Positions 27,936 to 41,898 are shown, counted from the stretch's first letter. The stretch: DNA of 64,000 nt from Vicugna vicugna (GCA_013265495.1 MU058463.1:1325523-1389522); one strand, 5' to 3'. Notes: generated by a model from the sequence alone, not told the origin. Numbers and translations: made by a program.

Positions 27936-30699
27936 GGATAGTTCTTTCAGATACCTCTCTCCATCCGTTCTCACACAACCTTCACTTAAACTTTCCCTTT
28001 CAGCGGAAGGAAAGGATATTGTTAACTTCCTCCTCACAAATGTTTTAGAGATTAAAAATTGTGTTAAACAGATTCCACATGACATATATTCAGTTCATTC
28101 CCAGATGTATAAACTGCTGAACAGCTGTAACTGAATAATGACTTACGTGATGACTAAACCCTTCTCAAATTAAACGTGTATTACATTGGCCTCCTTTCTA
28201 CAGACAAAAAGAAAAAAGCCAACAGTTATCTACTGATACAAAATGAGGTTGGGACATGCTGATAGAACCATGCCACAAATTGTCTGACTTGAGCTGTAAT
28301 AATAGTAACCGTTAGTCCAGGTAGGTGGTGGGTAGGAATAAAAATAACCTATGACTAGAGAAAGATGAAAAAAAGGCTAGCTTGAGAAGAGTAGGGAGAA
28401 AGTGATGCCAAAAGGAAAGCTATCTGGGATGTAACAAACTCAGGGAAACACCGATCAAAAGCTAGACATAAAATTTAATCAGCAAGATAAAATTGAGGGA
28501 GAATAATTTTGGGAAATGTTCTAGGCTGGAAACTGAAGAAACTCTCAAAGAGTTTGAGTTCATGAGCCAGAGTAATCAGAGCAGCTTCAAGTTCTAAGGT
28601 TGAATAACAGTTGAATGAACAGTTTTAACTCTTAACTATTGAGGCGTGACTGAAATCAACACTGAAGAACATGGCCTGTTAAAACGTCCGTAAGTTGAGA
28701 AAAATGCAATTTAGGCAGACTGGGTATGAATCTCTTTGAAATCCAACACATTTGGAATGGTGTGTCTCCAAGGTCTGTATGAAGTGAGTGCTCCATTCAG
28801 AAAGCAGAGAGCGCATTCTCATACAAGTGTCCACCAACTGAACCATCAAGTCTATTTTGTATCCTTAGCAACCGATGGAAAATAACTCAAATAATGTCCT
28901 TCAGAATGCTGATTTGCCTTTGAGTACAGTATAATTGAAAGAAGTCTGCTGTCTTATCCCTTTCATGGCAAAAGCATGAGTGAGAGCCATGGACAGCTAA
29001 GAAACTTTCTGTTGGACACTAGGTCTAGTTTCAAAAGAAAAAAGTGTGCTTTTGCTTTCTAAAAATAGGCCATAGCATTTAAAACTGCAACTTGAAAGCA
29101 AAAAAAAAAAGTAACATGTTTATAAAATTTTAAAATGTCAAGTTAGAAATATTGGTCAATAACTAATGAAGAATGGGGAATTTCTGGCCTGAAGGTATAT
29201 TTAAGAATCCTGTTTTCTGTGTGGGTCATACTATTGACGAGAGACTTTGCCTAATAATGGGCATTTGAAGGGTCCACGCCTGAGTCAGTAAGATGTCTTA
29301 ATGTGTTCTCTTAATGGACCATTTACTTTCTATTTTGAGGGTTATCAAGGCTGCATTATTTATTTAGTTACATATTGGATTTAGAAAGGAAGCTCTCAAA
29401 GGCTGCGCTGTGCCTGGCGTTTATTGAGTCCCTGCTCTTCTAAACCCTTCAACATAATGTGCTCATGACATGGCCCTTCCCTTCTAACAGCATGATTATA
29501 TACTGTTTTTAATATACTTATTATTTTTCTATTTGATAGTATAATTCTTTAATAGCCATATGGGAACCTCCACGGAGCTAGTTAAACCTGGAAAAACTCT
29601 TAAAGGGAGCAATGTGGGTGAGCTTTTTCTCCCTTGAGCCACAGGAGGTTGTAAACTTCTTTTCTTTCTGTTAAAACTCATTTCCCTTCCTGGTTCCCAC
29701 TTTGTCTAACATTTTATTGTAATGTTCCTGGAATCTATTTTGTAGATTTTTTTTTCTGGCTATAACTGTGGATGGCGGTTTCCATTAATATTGTTTTCTC
29801 TTAATGAATTCTGTGCCTTTCAGAAAATGATTACCCTTACTCGTTTATGTTATAATTCTGCATCATTTTGTATACAACAGATTAATAGAAAAGTATAAAG
29901 GATACAAAAGATCAAAACATCACAGTCTTGCGACTAAATAATGTTTACATTTTTAGTTTTATAAAATCGTGATTTGGGCCAGAAACTGCCAGAATAGATT
30001 TCTCAGCTTTCTTCTAGAATATTCTCTGGGAAGTTATTCCGAGAGCCTTCATCTCCCATCCAATTCCTGCTAGTAACCATCTGAATCTTATTGACTTTAT
30101 GTTTTGATGGGATTTGGGGCAGGGTGGTTCTTTGTACAGTATATTTCCTCTAACTCTTTTCTCTGCCCTCTGTCTTCTACCATCAATCAAGCAATTACCA
30201 AATACTTTGTCCACTTTGCTAAGCTGCAAATGCTATGCAAGACAGTAAAAATTCAGTAAGTGCTTTAAAGAGGTATAGAATCTAATTAGGGGGATAAAAA
30301 TAATTAAACAGATCGGTTAAATATAAACTAATACCACCATTGTCTAGAATATCTAACTTTCAGAGCACTTTATGCTAACAGCTTTGTACACATCATCTCA
30401 TTTAATGACTCTGAGCCTGGGAAAGTTCCTCAACTCCTCTGAGCTAAGGATTCTCCCTTTACCTAATTAAGGGATCTTATTGCTGAGTAATACCTATCCC
30501 AGAGTAGTGCGGTGAAGGGACGTATTCGTGTTGGATGTAATAGTCAAGGAAGGCTATATGGAGGAGATAAAATATACATTCTTCTTAGAAGAATTCATAA
30601 GTGTTTGCTATTAAATACATGAGAAAGTAGTGAAACATAGCTGTGAATACATGTGTGTGTGTCTATGTGTGTGTTTTAAGGACAAAGCAATGAGAAGAC

Positions 30700-31080
30700 T
30701 TACCAATAGAAGAGTTATTTCTAACATCTACTAAACTGAGCTCCTTAGAGTGTGGGACTACATTCAGGAGTATCACTATGTGACCACACACGAAGCAGAG
30801 GAAAAGATGCAGTGTCTCCTCAAGGAAGATAGTCATGTGAAACCATTTGATCCGATGACAAACTGGAATTCAGTGAAGGTGAGAAAACAAGCTCAGAACA
30901 CACATAACAGATAACAATAGGTGGGACAGGAATGTATTGGGTCTATAACCAGAAGCAAAAGCAGCTGGACAGGGCTACATAAAGTAAGTGATGGGATGGC
31001 CCATCACAGAAGGATGTGCTCTCAGAAGGCATTGGGAAGAAGATGCTTCTGAGCAGCACTTTAAAAAGAATTTGTTTTTT
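30700..31080 (-). mobile_element. Degraded L2 fragment
   Basis: gaaaagatgcagtgtctcctcaaggaagatagtc and tcagaaggcattgggaagaagatgcttctgagcagcactttaaa resemble the antisense L2 3' region. Confidence 0.45.
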
Positions 31081-32659
31081 AAACTAAGTGATAAGGATTT
31101 GGTGGGTAGTTGTAGAGGTTTCCCCTAATGTAGATGGTATGCATCATGTTATCATCATTGAAAATAAGAAATTAATACATTTAATTCATTTTGCTGCCCA
31201 CTAATGTTCATGAAAATGTTACCTAAAGAAAATACTGGTGTCTGGTGACTTTTAACATTCACTTAAAAACCATTTTACACGCATTTCGTTAAGAAATCAA
31301 GTTAAAGAATATTTTAATTTGAGTTGCATTTCCTTGGAACATTTGTGTGTTTGCTTTCCGTTGTATTTGGAGTGTTTTCTCGTTTTATGTTACTGGGTCA
31401 TTTTATTTAAGAGTCTCAGAAGTTCCCAGTGATCTTGCCTTTCACCCTCCAGACACACGCCCTTTCAGGTTACAGCCCTCTATTTGGTCCCCTCCTGTCC
31501 TTCCTAGAGCACTCTTTCCTGCTGTTTCATAAGACAGCTGTTCTTCCCTGGTGGTCTCTGCTGCTGCTCCTGACCCCTCTGTGTTTGCTCAGAGCCAAAG
31601 GAGAAACGTGGCAACAACTTTCTTTTATTTCATTTCACTTTTATTTTATTTTGAATTATTTGGAAGATTTTGAGTACCTTAAAATCATAATTCAAGAAAA
31701 AACTGTGAGAGAAAACTCTCAAAATTTTTAACAGGTAGTGAAAACTTAAAACTCATTTCTTCTGTCAAAAGGGCATTTTTGAGGAAGCCCAAAACTGATC
31801 CAGATTAAATTCCTTATCCAGCTAGGCTGTTGTTTGGAACTATTCACAAGTAGTAATAAGCGGATAAGAGTATAATATTGTAAAATGATTCTGTGAACGA
31901 TGCGTGGATTTTAGTTAGGCTTGGTTATCTTGATAAAATATCTCGGTATTTTATAATACCATTATTACCACTCATATTCTTAGTACTGATTCTTCTGAGT
32001 AGTCCAAAGTACAATTTGATACATTTGCTCATAAAACTTATTTTTGGAAAGATTAAAAGAAGCTCTATTTTGCCTACTTAAGGATGAATGAACTTGGACA
32101 AGAGGAGATCAAACAACTCTTTTTGCTCTTTGTTAAGCCCAGATCAGAATTAAAGCATTCCAAAGCAGGACAAGGATTACAGCTGCTCTCTAAAGTTCAA
32201 GTGTATTTTCCTTTCTCTTTTAGAAGTTGGAAATTTATACCTGTTCCTTCTTATAACTATTACATGACCGTTATGATGAAGCTGCATATAAAAAGGTATC
32301 ACAAAAGTAAAAATCTGACTTTTATAGCAGTACGTTTTAAAAAATAAGATTACTCATGGATAGATATGAAACATGAATAAATATATCTCTGCTAATTTGG
32401 TATAAAATGAACCAAAGACAAAAAAAATGGTGCAATATTGCTAGAATAACTATTTTTAGGTTAAAGGAAAACCATTTTTCAATGTGAAAATTCATTAAAC
32501 GTGGGGGATAAAAAGAGAAACAATATGAAGTAGGGTACCGAAAGCAAAGGGGAAGACAGATTGGAAGCAAAAAGACAGAATTAAAATAATCATCTGTGAC
32601 TTGATTTTGATGTAGAGATGCATCGTTCCACAAATTACATGAATTAAGTGGTCATCCTT

Positions 32660-33965
32660 AACATGCTCATTCATTCAAAGAATATTTATCAAGGGTTTCA
32701 GTCCCTGGCTCTATGCTAAGTGTAGTGCATCCCCAAAATAATCACTCAAGTAAGCTCTCGGAGTCTCTTTCAATTACTAATGAGCTTGAGTTCAAACTAA
32801 ATTAGTATATTAAAACAGTGGTTCTGAATAGTGAGTTCCTGAACCTGGGCTAAAACGTGTTAAGGTTTTCACATGTCCACATTAAAAACTCAAATATAGA
32901 CACAAACAAAAACAGAACAAAGAGTTTTAGTCAGATGTTCATACATATTATTAATTACATAAAATATTTTATCATTGAGAATAAAAAATTTTTTCATATG
33001 CTAAAAAAGATTTTTATCCAACTTTTGATGTAAAATGTCTTTATTTTATAACATAATGATAATAATTAATAGTAGAACTTTTTAAATTTCCCTTCCAGAA
33101 AAAAGTTAAAATTTGGCAACTTTAAAGAAAAAAAATTATTAAAAATCAGACAGATATCCTGCCTAATGCAGGTCCAATGGTGGACAAATAAAGACAGATA
33201 ATTTCAATGGAGTGTGGTAAATTCTGTAATAGAGATGAGTATAAGACACTATGTTGGGACAGTGGAGGAAGGAATGGTCTATTCTGGGCTATAAGGTGAG
33301 AATTTGAAAAGGAGTTGACACTGATCTAGTTTACAAATGATGAGTGGAATCCATTGTTTTAAAAAAGGAAGAATGTGTCCAGCAGAGGAAACAATGCAAA
33401 AGCGTGAAGTTACAAAAGGACATGGGTGTCTTCTCAAGAATAGCTAGTACTTTGATACGGCAGGAGTGTAGGAAGGGGCAGGAAGGAGACAAGAGAAGAG
33501 GAAAAGCAAGATGAGGTCAGAGTCCCTTATAATATGCTGATGAAATTAAACTGTGTACTGTAGTCATGGGGATGCTGACATATGGCAAGTCTGCACACTA
33601 GGGAGGTCATACTGACATTGTGGAGGGCAGCTGTAAGAGAACAAGACCAAAGTTTGAGACAACAAGTAGAACATAATTACAGTAGTTCAGTACAAAGGAT
33701 GATAAGAGCCTGAACCAAGGCATCAGGGAGGAAAAAATTAAAAGCATCTAAAAGCTGTTTAGGTGAGTAGAAGACATAGGAACATGTGATGAAGTAAATG
33801 TGAAAATGAAACTCTGGCAGGTAAAAATAGCAATAATTGTTGAAGATAATTTTCTAAAATAGGTAAATCCAGCAATGCCATGGTAGATGTAAAGAAGAAA
33901 GTTTATGAAGGTAGCTTTGGACATACTGAATTTAAGCTCTGTGGAGTATCTATAGCATGTTCATA
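32660..33965 (-). mobile_element. L2 LINE, interrupted by a hAT element
   Basis: ctcattcattcaaagaatatttatc tail, then after the interruption ccagcagaggaaacaatgcaaaagcgtgaag and tttggacatactgaatttaag. Confidence 0.75.
32816..33123. mobile_element. hAT-type DNA transposon remnant nested in L2
   Basis: Begins cagtggttct (Charlie-like TIR), has an AT-rich interior, ends aaatttggcaac, and splits the L2. Confidence 0.45.
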
Positions 33966-34359
33966 TTCTAGTGTATGTCACCTAGATAAAGTGGGGGATA
34001 ATAGAAAGCCCTTAAGTGGCCTACAAAGACATTAAGAAGCAGCTAAAGTATTACACATCATTCTGTTGCACACACTTGTGTTTCTCTGATATTCTGAAAC
34101 ACAGACATATGCCACCTCCTGCTACCTTACTTGTACTAAGTTAATTAATTGGTAAAATTCATCAAGCATTATGTTTATGATTACATTTGGCCTTTGAAAG
34201 ACTGATTCAAAATCAAAATCATGAAAACATTTATCTGATATCTAATCATGAATTATACAAAGAAATGCTTTGAAATGTATATGAGATTGCATAAATGTTA
34301 TCTCCTGAGTTCATTAGAAACCCATGAACTATGAGAGGACAGCAACATCATCGATAACT

Positions 34360-34550
34360 GATAAATAGCCTTTGTATAGAAACACTAAATCATTTAATCT
34401 CATAAATCTATCAGGTAGGTGTTAAAATTATACTGATTTTACAGATGAGCAATGTGTGTTGCAGATAGTTTAAGAAAGCTGTCTTGGTCACACAGCTTCT
34501 CAATGGCAGGTTTTGACCCAGGCCCTCTGTGTTCTCATCCGCTTTGCATG
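34360..34550 (-). mobile_element. MIR SINE
   Basis: tcatttaatctcataaatctatcaggtagg...attttacagatgagcaa...ggtcacacagct. Confidence 0.75.
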
Positions 34551-34726
34551 GTATAGTGACTCTGCAAACACATATACACATTCACACACATACTTGTTCC
34601 CTTTTAAAGATATAGAAACTCAGGTCCAAGGTTTTTTAAGTTGCTTTTCTATAAATTTTAGGTAAAGCATTCAAATTCTGCATAAAATTTATGCAAAGCC
34701 AATGGTATTTAAAAAAACAGATTTTA

Positions 34727-34860
34727 CTTTGATGAAAAAGAATATGAAAGGAAATATATATACACATGTGCATGACTGGGACACTGTGCTGTACACCAGA
34801 AACTGGCACATTGTAATTGACTATACTTCACTTAAAAAAAAAATAAAAAATTTGAAACTT
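34727..34860 (+). mobile_element. Very short 5'-truncated camelid-type L1 3' end with poly(A) tail
   Basis: gaaaaagaatatgaaagg...gcatgactgggacactgtgctgtacaccagaaactggcacattgtaattgactatacttca + A tail. TSD AAAAAAA(C/A)AGATTTTA at 34711-34726 and 34861-34876. Confidence 0.85.
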
Positions 34861-37800
34861 AAAAAAAAAGATTTTAAATAAAATTCTTAAAATGGGGCAA
34901 TAATGATGTACCATTTCCATTGCCATCTTTAAATGAGAAATTGACTAACATTAATGGTTATATTTGAGTTAATATTATAGCAATTATATTCCTTAATAGC
35001 ATTAAATTTCCCTTCTTTCAACAACAAACGTTTGTTGTTTTTTAATGTACATTTTCATGTATGTTTGAAAGTGGGTGATTATTGTCTCCCCAAAGCATTC
35101 AATACAAATCATTTATTCTATTGTAGACCAAAGTCTTTTTTGTAAAACAATGTGATGAATGCTTTTCTCCATTAAGTTTAGAAATGTAAATTTTAATAAC
35201 AGAGAATTTAACTATGATGCAATAATTTTGATTGTTTTGAACTGTTTAAAAAATGTTTATGTTGGAAATTTAAAGACTATGCTTATAAGAATCTATCTTG
35301 AGGAAAGAAATGATCAGTTGGAAGATTTGGAAACAGTATATATCACCATGATTATTTATTTCTAAGTAGAAAGAGAATTTATCTTTCAAATATTAATATA
35401 ATTAATAGCCCAAATCTGGATGAATACAATGAGTAGTCCAATCAGCAATTGCAGACACTGCACGATATCGTTAATAATCAAATTTGTGTAAAATAAAATT
35501 TACTTTTGGTCCTTTAAGAATAAAAAAAATAGATCCTCAATATTTATAAATAAAGAACAAACCAATCGAATGCTTATTATATTAGAAACTTTGGTTCTTA
35601 GTGCTCACAGGTATCAACTAAATGTATTTTCATGACAATCACTCATTCACAAAAATGCACCTGTATTGTAAATACCAGACAAGTAGGGAAACTTCTGTTT
35701 AATCTTGGGTGGTCTCTTTGCCCAGGTTTGACTAAATATGTCTTTTCACAACAGGTGACTTTTTAATTGTTTTCTTATGGCAACCCATTTATTCCTCAGG
35801 CTTTGTTTGGCTTGCATTAGTTTTCAGAGTTAATGACCATGTGTGAGAACGTGCTGAGTACAGGTGGCCAATGGTTATGCAGAGAATGTGGGTATTACAG
35901 CACATGCAGCGGGCAAGTGATTTAACTTTACCAATTAATACAGTGGTGAATAGTTCCCTGGCCCTCCAGGCCTTTCAAACAGAAAACTTGGTAATGCAAG
36001 TATATAGAATAAAGAATAAAGCAGCTTGCTCTTTGTATTTATGGGGCTTGCTTTCCTTAGTGCACTGAATCTTTTTCCTTGCATAGCTTATGGGCTCAAA
36101 TCAACCTTTTTCAGAGAGGCTTCTTTTCTGTATGAGCAATTCTGTTAGCAAACTTGCCATTTCCTCCCTTTGACTCCTGCATCTCATTGTTGTTCTTCTG
36201 GAAGTCTGTAACTTAGCAATTTGAACCCTGGGGTTGCCTTGTTTATTTCCTCTTGGCCAACAGACATGGGAATTACTATACTGAGGAGCATTATAATCCC
36301 TAGCACCCCGATCAATTTCATTTATTAGAAATCCTTAAACATAAGTTCAAGAATAGAAGTTGAATTAGGAATAAAATAAAATGCCCAGGCAATCCTGACT
36401 GAGGAGAACAAAAAGGAAAAATGAGATCTTTGGACTACCTAGGCTGCCAGAAACTCGCACCAAACACAGAAAGGGCTTTTCCATTGGGCTTAATATTTTT
36501 TCTTTCCTTTCTGACAAAAAGGAACATTTGTTTGCAATTAGCTTAGTTAAAGGAAATAGCATCTGAAGTCTTGTTTTCCATTTGGAATGACCCCTATGAC
36601 CTGCTATGAAGACACTTGGAATATTTGTTCAGTCTTATTTAGGTATGTATGGGGGTGGTACAGTTTTCACAAACACAAATATATTTGCCAAGTATTTGTA
36701 AATTTCAACATGATGCAGGTACTAAATTATAAAAAATATGAAATATTTTAAAGTGTTTGAAGTAAAAGATACTGAATTCAACTGCACTACAATCTTGGGA
36801 TCGTAAAAATTCTTGATGTGTGCTACATTGATAAATACCAAATAACACAGCAGGTTTCAGCAAGTGTCAGTATAATGACCTATCAAAAAACAGGGGGCAG
36901 GGACCTATAGGCAATGCTGACAAATAGTTGAATTTTGTTTTAAGTCATCAAGGGCGTAATAAACAAGAACCATGCAATGTACAGGAAAATCTATGTAAGT
37001 TGTACTGCATCTAGTTTCCTTTCAGCACATCTGCTAATTCCTGTAACTATTGTCTGACAAAGAAGGAGGGGGTGGAATTTTATTGGCCTTTTTTTTTTTA
37101 ATAGTCAACTGTCTTCGAAATGATTTCAAAATGTTGGATTTCAAACATGGCCTCTTAGATTCTTCATATTGTCATGGTCAAACTTTAAACACAAATAGCA
37201 TTTACACTATTTTAAAACATTTTTCTTTTAACTCTAAGAGTTTGTTTCTGTAAAATTGAACTGATTTAATTTAATTGGGAAAAGAAAGACTTAGTACTGA
37301 AATACTTTGGGAAAGAACCAACCTCCTACCCACTTTCCATCACCTCATCCTCTCTTAATTCAGTATTACATGAAATGTACCTGTGCTTCTGAGTATCCTT
37401 ATTTTAGAAACAAGGAAGTGATTAATAATTTGAGAATAGAATGGGGTGGTTCTTCTTTTCCAGTTTTCCAATTCCAAAATTTCTATAAAGGTAAAGTTAT
37501 AACATCATAGCATTGGGGCAGGAGCCAAGATTTCTACTTCAAGCTTGGAAATGCACACTAATGTGATCTCACAAGTTTAAAGTAAAAAATTTCCTCCCAC
37601 CTTGTCCATATAGCTATGTTGATTCTTAATGCCCTGAGTATTGACTGCAGCAGATTGGTACCCAAAAATTCTTGTTTTGAAAAACAGCAAGTTTTCACTT
37701 GAAATTAAGATGGGAGTGGAGTGTGAGTGGGTGGCAGGAGAGATTTAGTGGCTGAATTGAACACCTGAGGCAAGCATACTCTGCCAATGCTATATTTTAT

Positions 37801-38264
37801 TAATTCTATGGGCCAATTTGAAGAGATTGATATTAATATTAATTAATTAATAAGGTCTGCATTATTAACTTTCAGTAAATTTTAATGTATTTCATAAAAG
37901 CTTTATACATCTTTTGTTAGATTTGTCCCAATGTTCTTTATGTTTTGTTACTATTTATATTTCCTACTTGTATTTTCTTTTTGTAGATGATGTATAAAAC
38001 CTCAATTGATTTTCTGTATTGATCTGTATCCAGCAATTTTATCAACTCTCTTTATAATTCTAATAACATAGCTTTAGATATTGGTATTTTGGTTGTTTCT
38101 CACTGCATAACAAAGTATTTTAAAGCATGGTGGCTTAAAACAACAATTATTTTATTGTATCTCATAACTTTGTAAGCCATATTGGATGTAAGTCTCCTTC
38201 CTTATACCATGCTTGTCTTTTCTGATGTCAAAGTTATGCTGACCTCAGGAAGCTCACTGGGAAG

Positions 38265-41200
38265 ATTTCTAGTTTCAGTTCCAACATGTAAAGAGATTGG
38301 AAGTCATAACACCCATTGTTACGACAATAACAGAAAAAAGATGAACAAACTCATAATTAATGATTTTTCATAGGTCTGTCAGAGAATTGAGGTCACAAGG
38401 CAAACCACTGCCTCAAGATTTGGAGAGAGAGGTAAATATATATAGGCAGAGCTAAGATTGGCTTAGCAGAACTAGATGATGCTGGAGACAATAACTGGGC
38501 TTCAGTATAATAACAGTGGATTAAAACTAAGAGACTTGTTAGACATATTTTATTTTAGAAGGGATTTTAAGGGAAACCAAAAGACAATAGGGAGGAAAAA
38601 AATAGCAATAATGAAACTATAAGAAACCAAAGCCTCTAACATTTAGAGAAACAACATATGTAAAACATAGCTCAGTTCTTACCCAGATTAACATAAAATG
38701 AAATCCCCTAAGTACCTCACTTCCCATGATACGGTACTTCATGTTCAGCTTCTAACAAATATTTACATGACATATTTAAAAGGGGAAAAAAATACACACT
38801 TTGTGGAGACAAAGCAATCATCTTTGAATTGGTTAAAGCACTTTTTTTTAAAATTTTCAGATAGGAAAGTTAAAATAACTATTACTAATATATCAAGAGC
38901 TCACATAGAAAAAATATACAGCATGTAATAAGGATAAGCAGAAGGATGGTAACTCTAAGAAAGAATCAAAAATAAATGCTAGAAATAAAAATTCTGTAAG
39001 TGAAAAGAGAAAATTTTTATGGTCTCATCTGGGGACTAGGCACAGATGAATAAATAATCAGTTTGCTGAAATACAGGTAAAAAGAAATTTTCCAAACTGA
39101 AATATATATAGAAAGAAAAAACAAAGAAAATATAGAATATAACATCCAAGAACCCTGTGACAATTACAAAGGTGTGACGAAGTACCAGAAGGAAAATAAA
39201 GAGAAAAGAGCAAAACAAATCTTTGAAGTACTAATGGATGAGAATTTTTCAAAATTAATGACAGACACCAAAGCATAGATCCTGGAAGCTGAGACCACCA
39301 TGCATGACAAATACCAACAAATTTACAACTAGGTACATCATATTCAAAGTGAAAAAATTTTTGAAAGGAATTAGAGGTTGGGGCAGGGGAGGATACTTTA
39401 TTGAGGAACGAGGAAAAGAGCTACATCAGCCTTCTCATCAAAAACCATGCCAGCAAGCAAAGACTAGAGTAAAATGAAATGTTGAAACCAAAAAGCCATG
39501 TATCTAGAATTCTGCATCCGTTGAAATTATTCTTCAAGTTGAAGAAGAAATAAAGACTCTCAGACAACATGAAAGTTTTCTGCCAGCAGACCTGCCTTAC
39601 AAGAAATTGTAAAGTTCTTCAAGGAGAAGGGAAATTACATAGGTCAGAAACTTGGATCCCTGTAAAGAAAGAAAGAGCACAAGGGAAGCAATAAGTGAAA
39701 TTAAAATAAAATATTTATATTTCTTATTCTTAGTTGATCTAATAGACAACTATTCAAAGAAATAATAGCAACAATGTATTAGGCGATTATAGCATATGTG
39801 TAAGTGAAATGAATAAAAGCTATGTGTTAAGAGAGGGGAGGAAAGAATTAGAAAGTAACCACACTACATAAGGGGGTTAGAATAGTTATAATTGTATGTA
39901 TAAATATCAGAGCAACTGTTTAAAATTTTTTAAAGAAGTATAATTGATAGACTAAGAGATGAAAGAAAATGGAACCATATAAAATGCTCAATTATAACCA
40001 AAAAAAACTGACAATACCAAATACCAGTGAGGATATGGAGCAGCAGAAACTGTCTGTCATTCAGGCTGATAAGAATGAAAAATGGTACAGTCACTTGGAA
40101 GACAAGTTGGCATTTTCTTACAGAACAAAAAAGATTCCTTCCACACAATCCAGCAATCATGCTCCTCGGTATTTACTCAAGGGAGTTAAAAACTTAGGTC
40201 CACCAAAAGCCTAATTCTGACAAACAAGCAAAGACAATTTGACAAACAAGCAAAAGCAATTCTATGGAGAAAAGATTGTCTTTGCAATAAAGATACTGGA
40301 ACAAACAAAAACCAGGGGAAAAAAAGAATCTAAGCACAGAATATACACCTTTCACAAAAATTAACTCCAAATGGACCATAGACTGAAATGTTAATTGCCA
40401 AGTTGGACTTTACTAAATTAATTTTTCTTCTACTGAAAAAAGACACTATTAAGAGAATAAGAAGGCAAACTACAGACTGGGAAAAAATATTTGCAAAACA
40501 TATGTAGTAAAAGCCATATGCCCAAAATATACAAATAATTTCTGCAGTTTAACAATTAGCCGACAAGCAACACAACCTAAATATGGGCAAAAGATCCAGA
40601 CAAACACCCCACCAAAGGGGATATACAACACAGATGGCAAATAGACATATGAAAAGATGTGCAAAAGCATACATTTTTAGGGAATTTCAAATTACAGTAA
40701 CAATGAGATACCACTACACATCCATTAGAATGACTAAAATCCAAAATACACACAACACCTAAAATACAAAAAGGAAAAAAAAATAATAATGCAAAATTTT
40801 CGTGAAGATGCAGAGCAACAGGAACTCTTATTCACTGCTGGTGTGAATTCAAAATGTTTCAGTCTTGGCAAGATACTTTGGCAGTTTTTTTCAAAGCTAA
40901 ACCTAGTCTTACCGTAAGTACTGGCAATTACATCCTCAGGGTTTACCCAATTGAGTTGAAAACTTACATCCACACACAAACTTTCACACAATGTATGTTT
41001 ATAGCAGCTTTATTTATAATCACCAAAAGCTAGAATTGATGAAAGTGTTCTTCAGTAGGTGAATGGATAAACAAACTGTGGTATGTCTATACAATGGAAT
41101 ATTATTTAGTGATTAAAAGAAAAGAGCTACTTATCCATGAAAAGACATGGAGAAACATTAAATGCATATTGCTAACTGAAAATGCCACATACTGCATTAT

Positions 41201-41596
41201 TCCAGTGATAGGACTTCCTGGGAAAGGCACAATTATAGAGGCAGGGAAAAAATCAGTAGATGCCACGGTTTGGAGGGGGTGAAGGAATAAAGAGAAAAGA
41301 TAGAGAGAATTTCTAGGACAGTGAAACAGTTCTGTGTGATACTTTAATGGTAGATACATGGCATTATGCATTTGTCAAATCTATATAACTGTACAACACG
41401 AAGAGTGAGCCTTAATATAAACTATGAACTTTAGTTAGTAATGGGTTCGTTAATTTTGACAAATACAAAACACTAAATCATGATGTCAGCAATAAGGATA
41501 ACTATGGGAGAGGGTTATATGGGAGCTTTTATACTATGTGCTCGATTTTTCTCTGAATCTAAATCTGTGCTAGAAACTAAAGTCTATTAATTTTTT
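38265..41596 (+). mobile_element. L1MD/L1MC-like LINE with 5' end, ORF1 remnant, largely deleted ORF2 and 3' end
   Basis: 5' end atttctagtttcagttccaacatgtaaagag; ORF1-like 38850-39660; 3' end ...aaactaaagtctattaa. Degenerate 15-bp TSD AAGCTCACTGGGAAG (38250-38264) / AAGTTAATTGGGAAG (41597-41611), 12/15 identical. Confidence 0.85.
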
Positions 41597-41874
41597 AAGT
41601 TAATTGGGAAGTAAAACTACTTTTACTTTTAAAAACATGTTAAGGACTACACTGAACAATTCTTTGCTCCACATGTTTTAACTGTGGCCACTCATTAAAG
41701 TTCTGCTAGCAGATGGGTTGGTCCGGATTGTCCAAAATGGCTTCACTCACGTCTGGAGCTTTGGCAGGAATGAATGAGCAGCTAGGCTTAAATGGGACTC
41801 ACACTCTGAACGTGTATATGTGGCCTCCCCAGTAAGCTACTCTCAGTATGACCAAGGCTCTCAGAGAGAGTGCT

Positions 41875-41898
41875 GAGAGAGAGAGAGGGAGAGAGAGA
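41875..41898 (+). repeat. (GA)n microsatellite in MLT1
   Basis: Read directly; one interruption. Confidence 0.85.

Noticed and set aside
7914..30878. Phase-compatible plus-strand exon chain 7914-7967, 28644-28689, 30749-30878 (EHVGSSPHDKCYGISNVL-GVTEINTEEHGLLKRP-VWDYIQEY...)
   Set aside because: The acceptors are weak, the third segment overlaps a probable L2 remnant, the peptide is unrecognised, and phase agreement among hand-picked segments is weak evidence.
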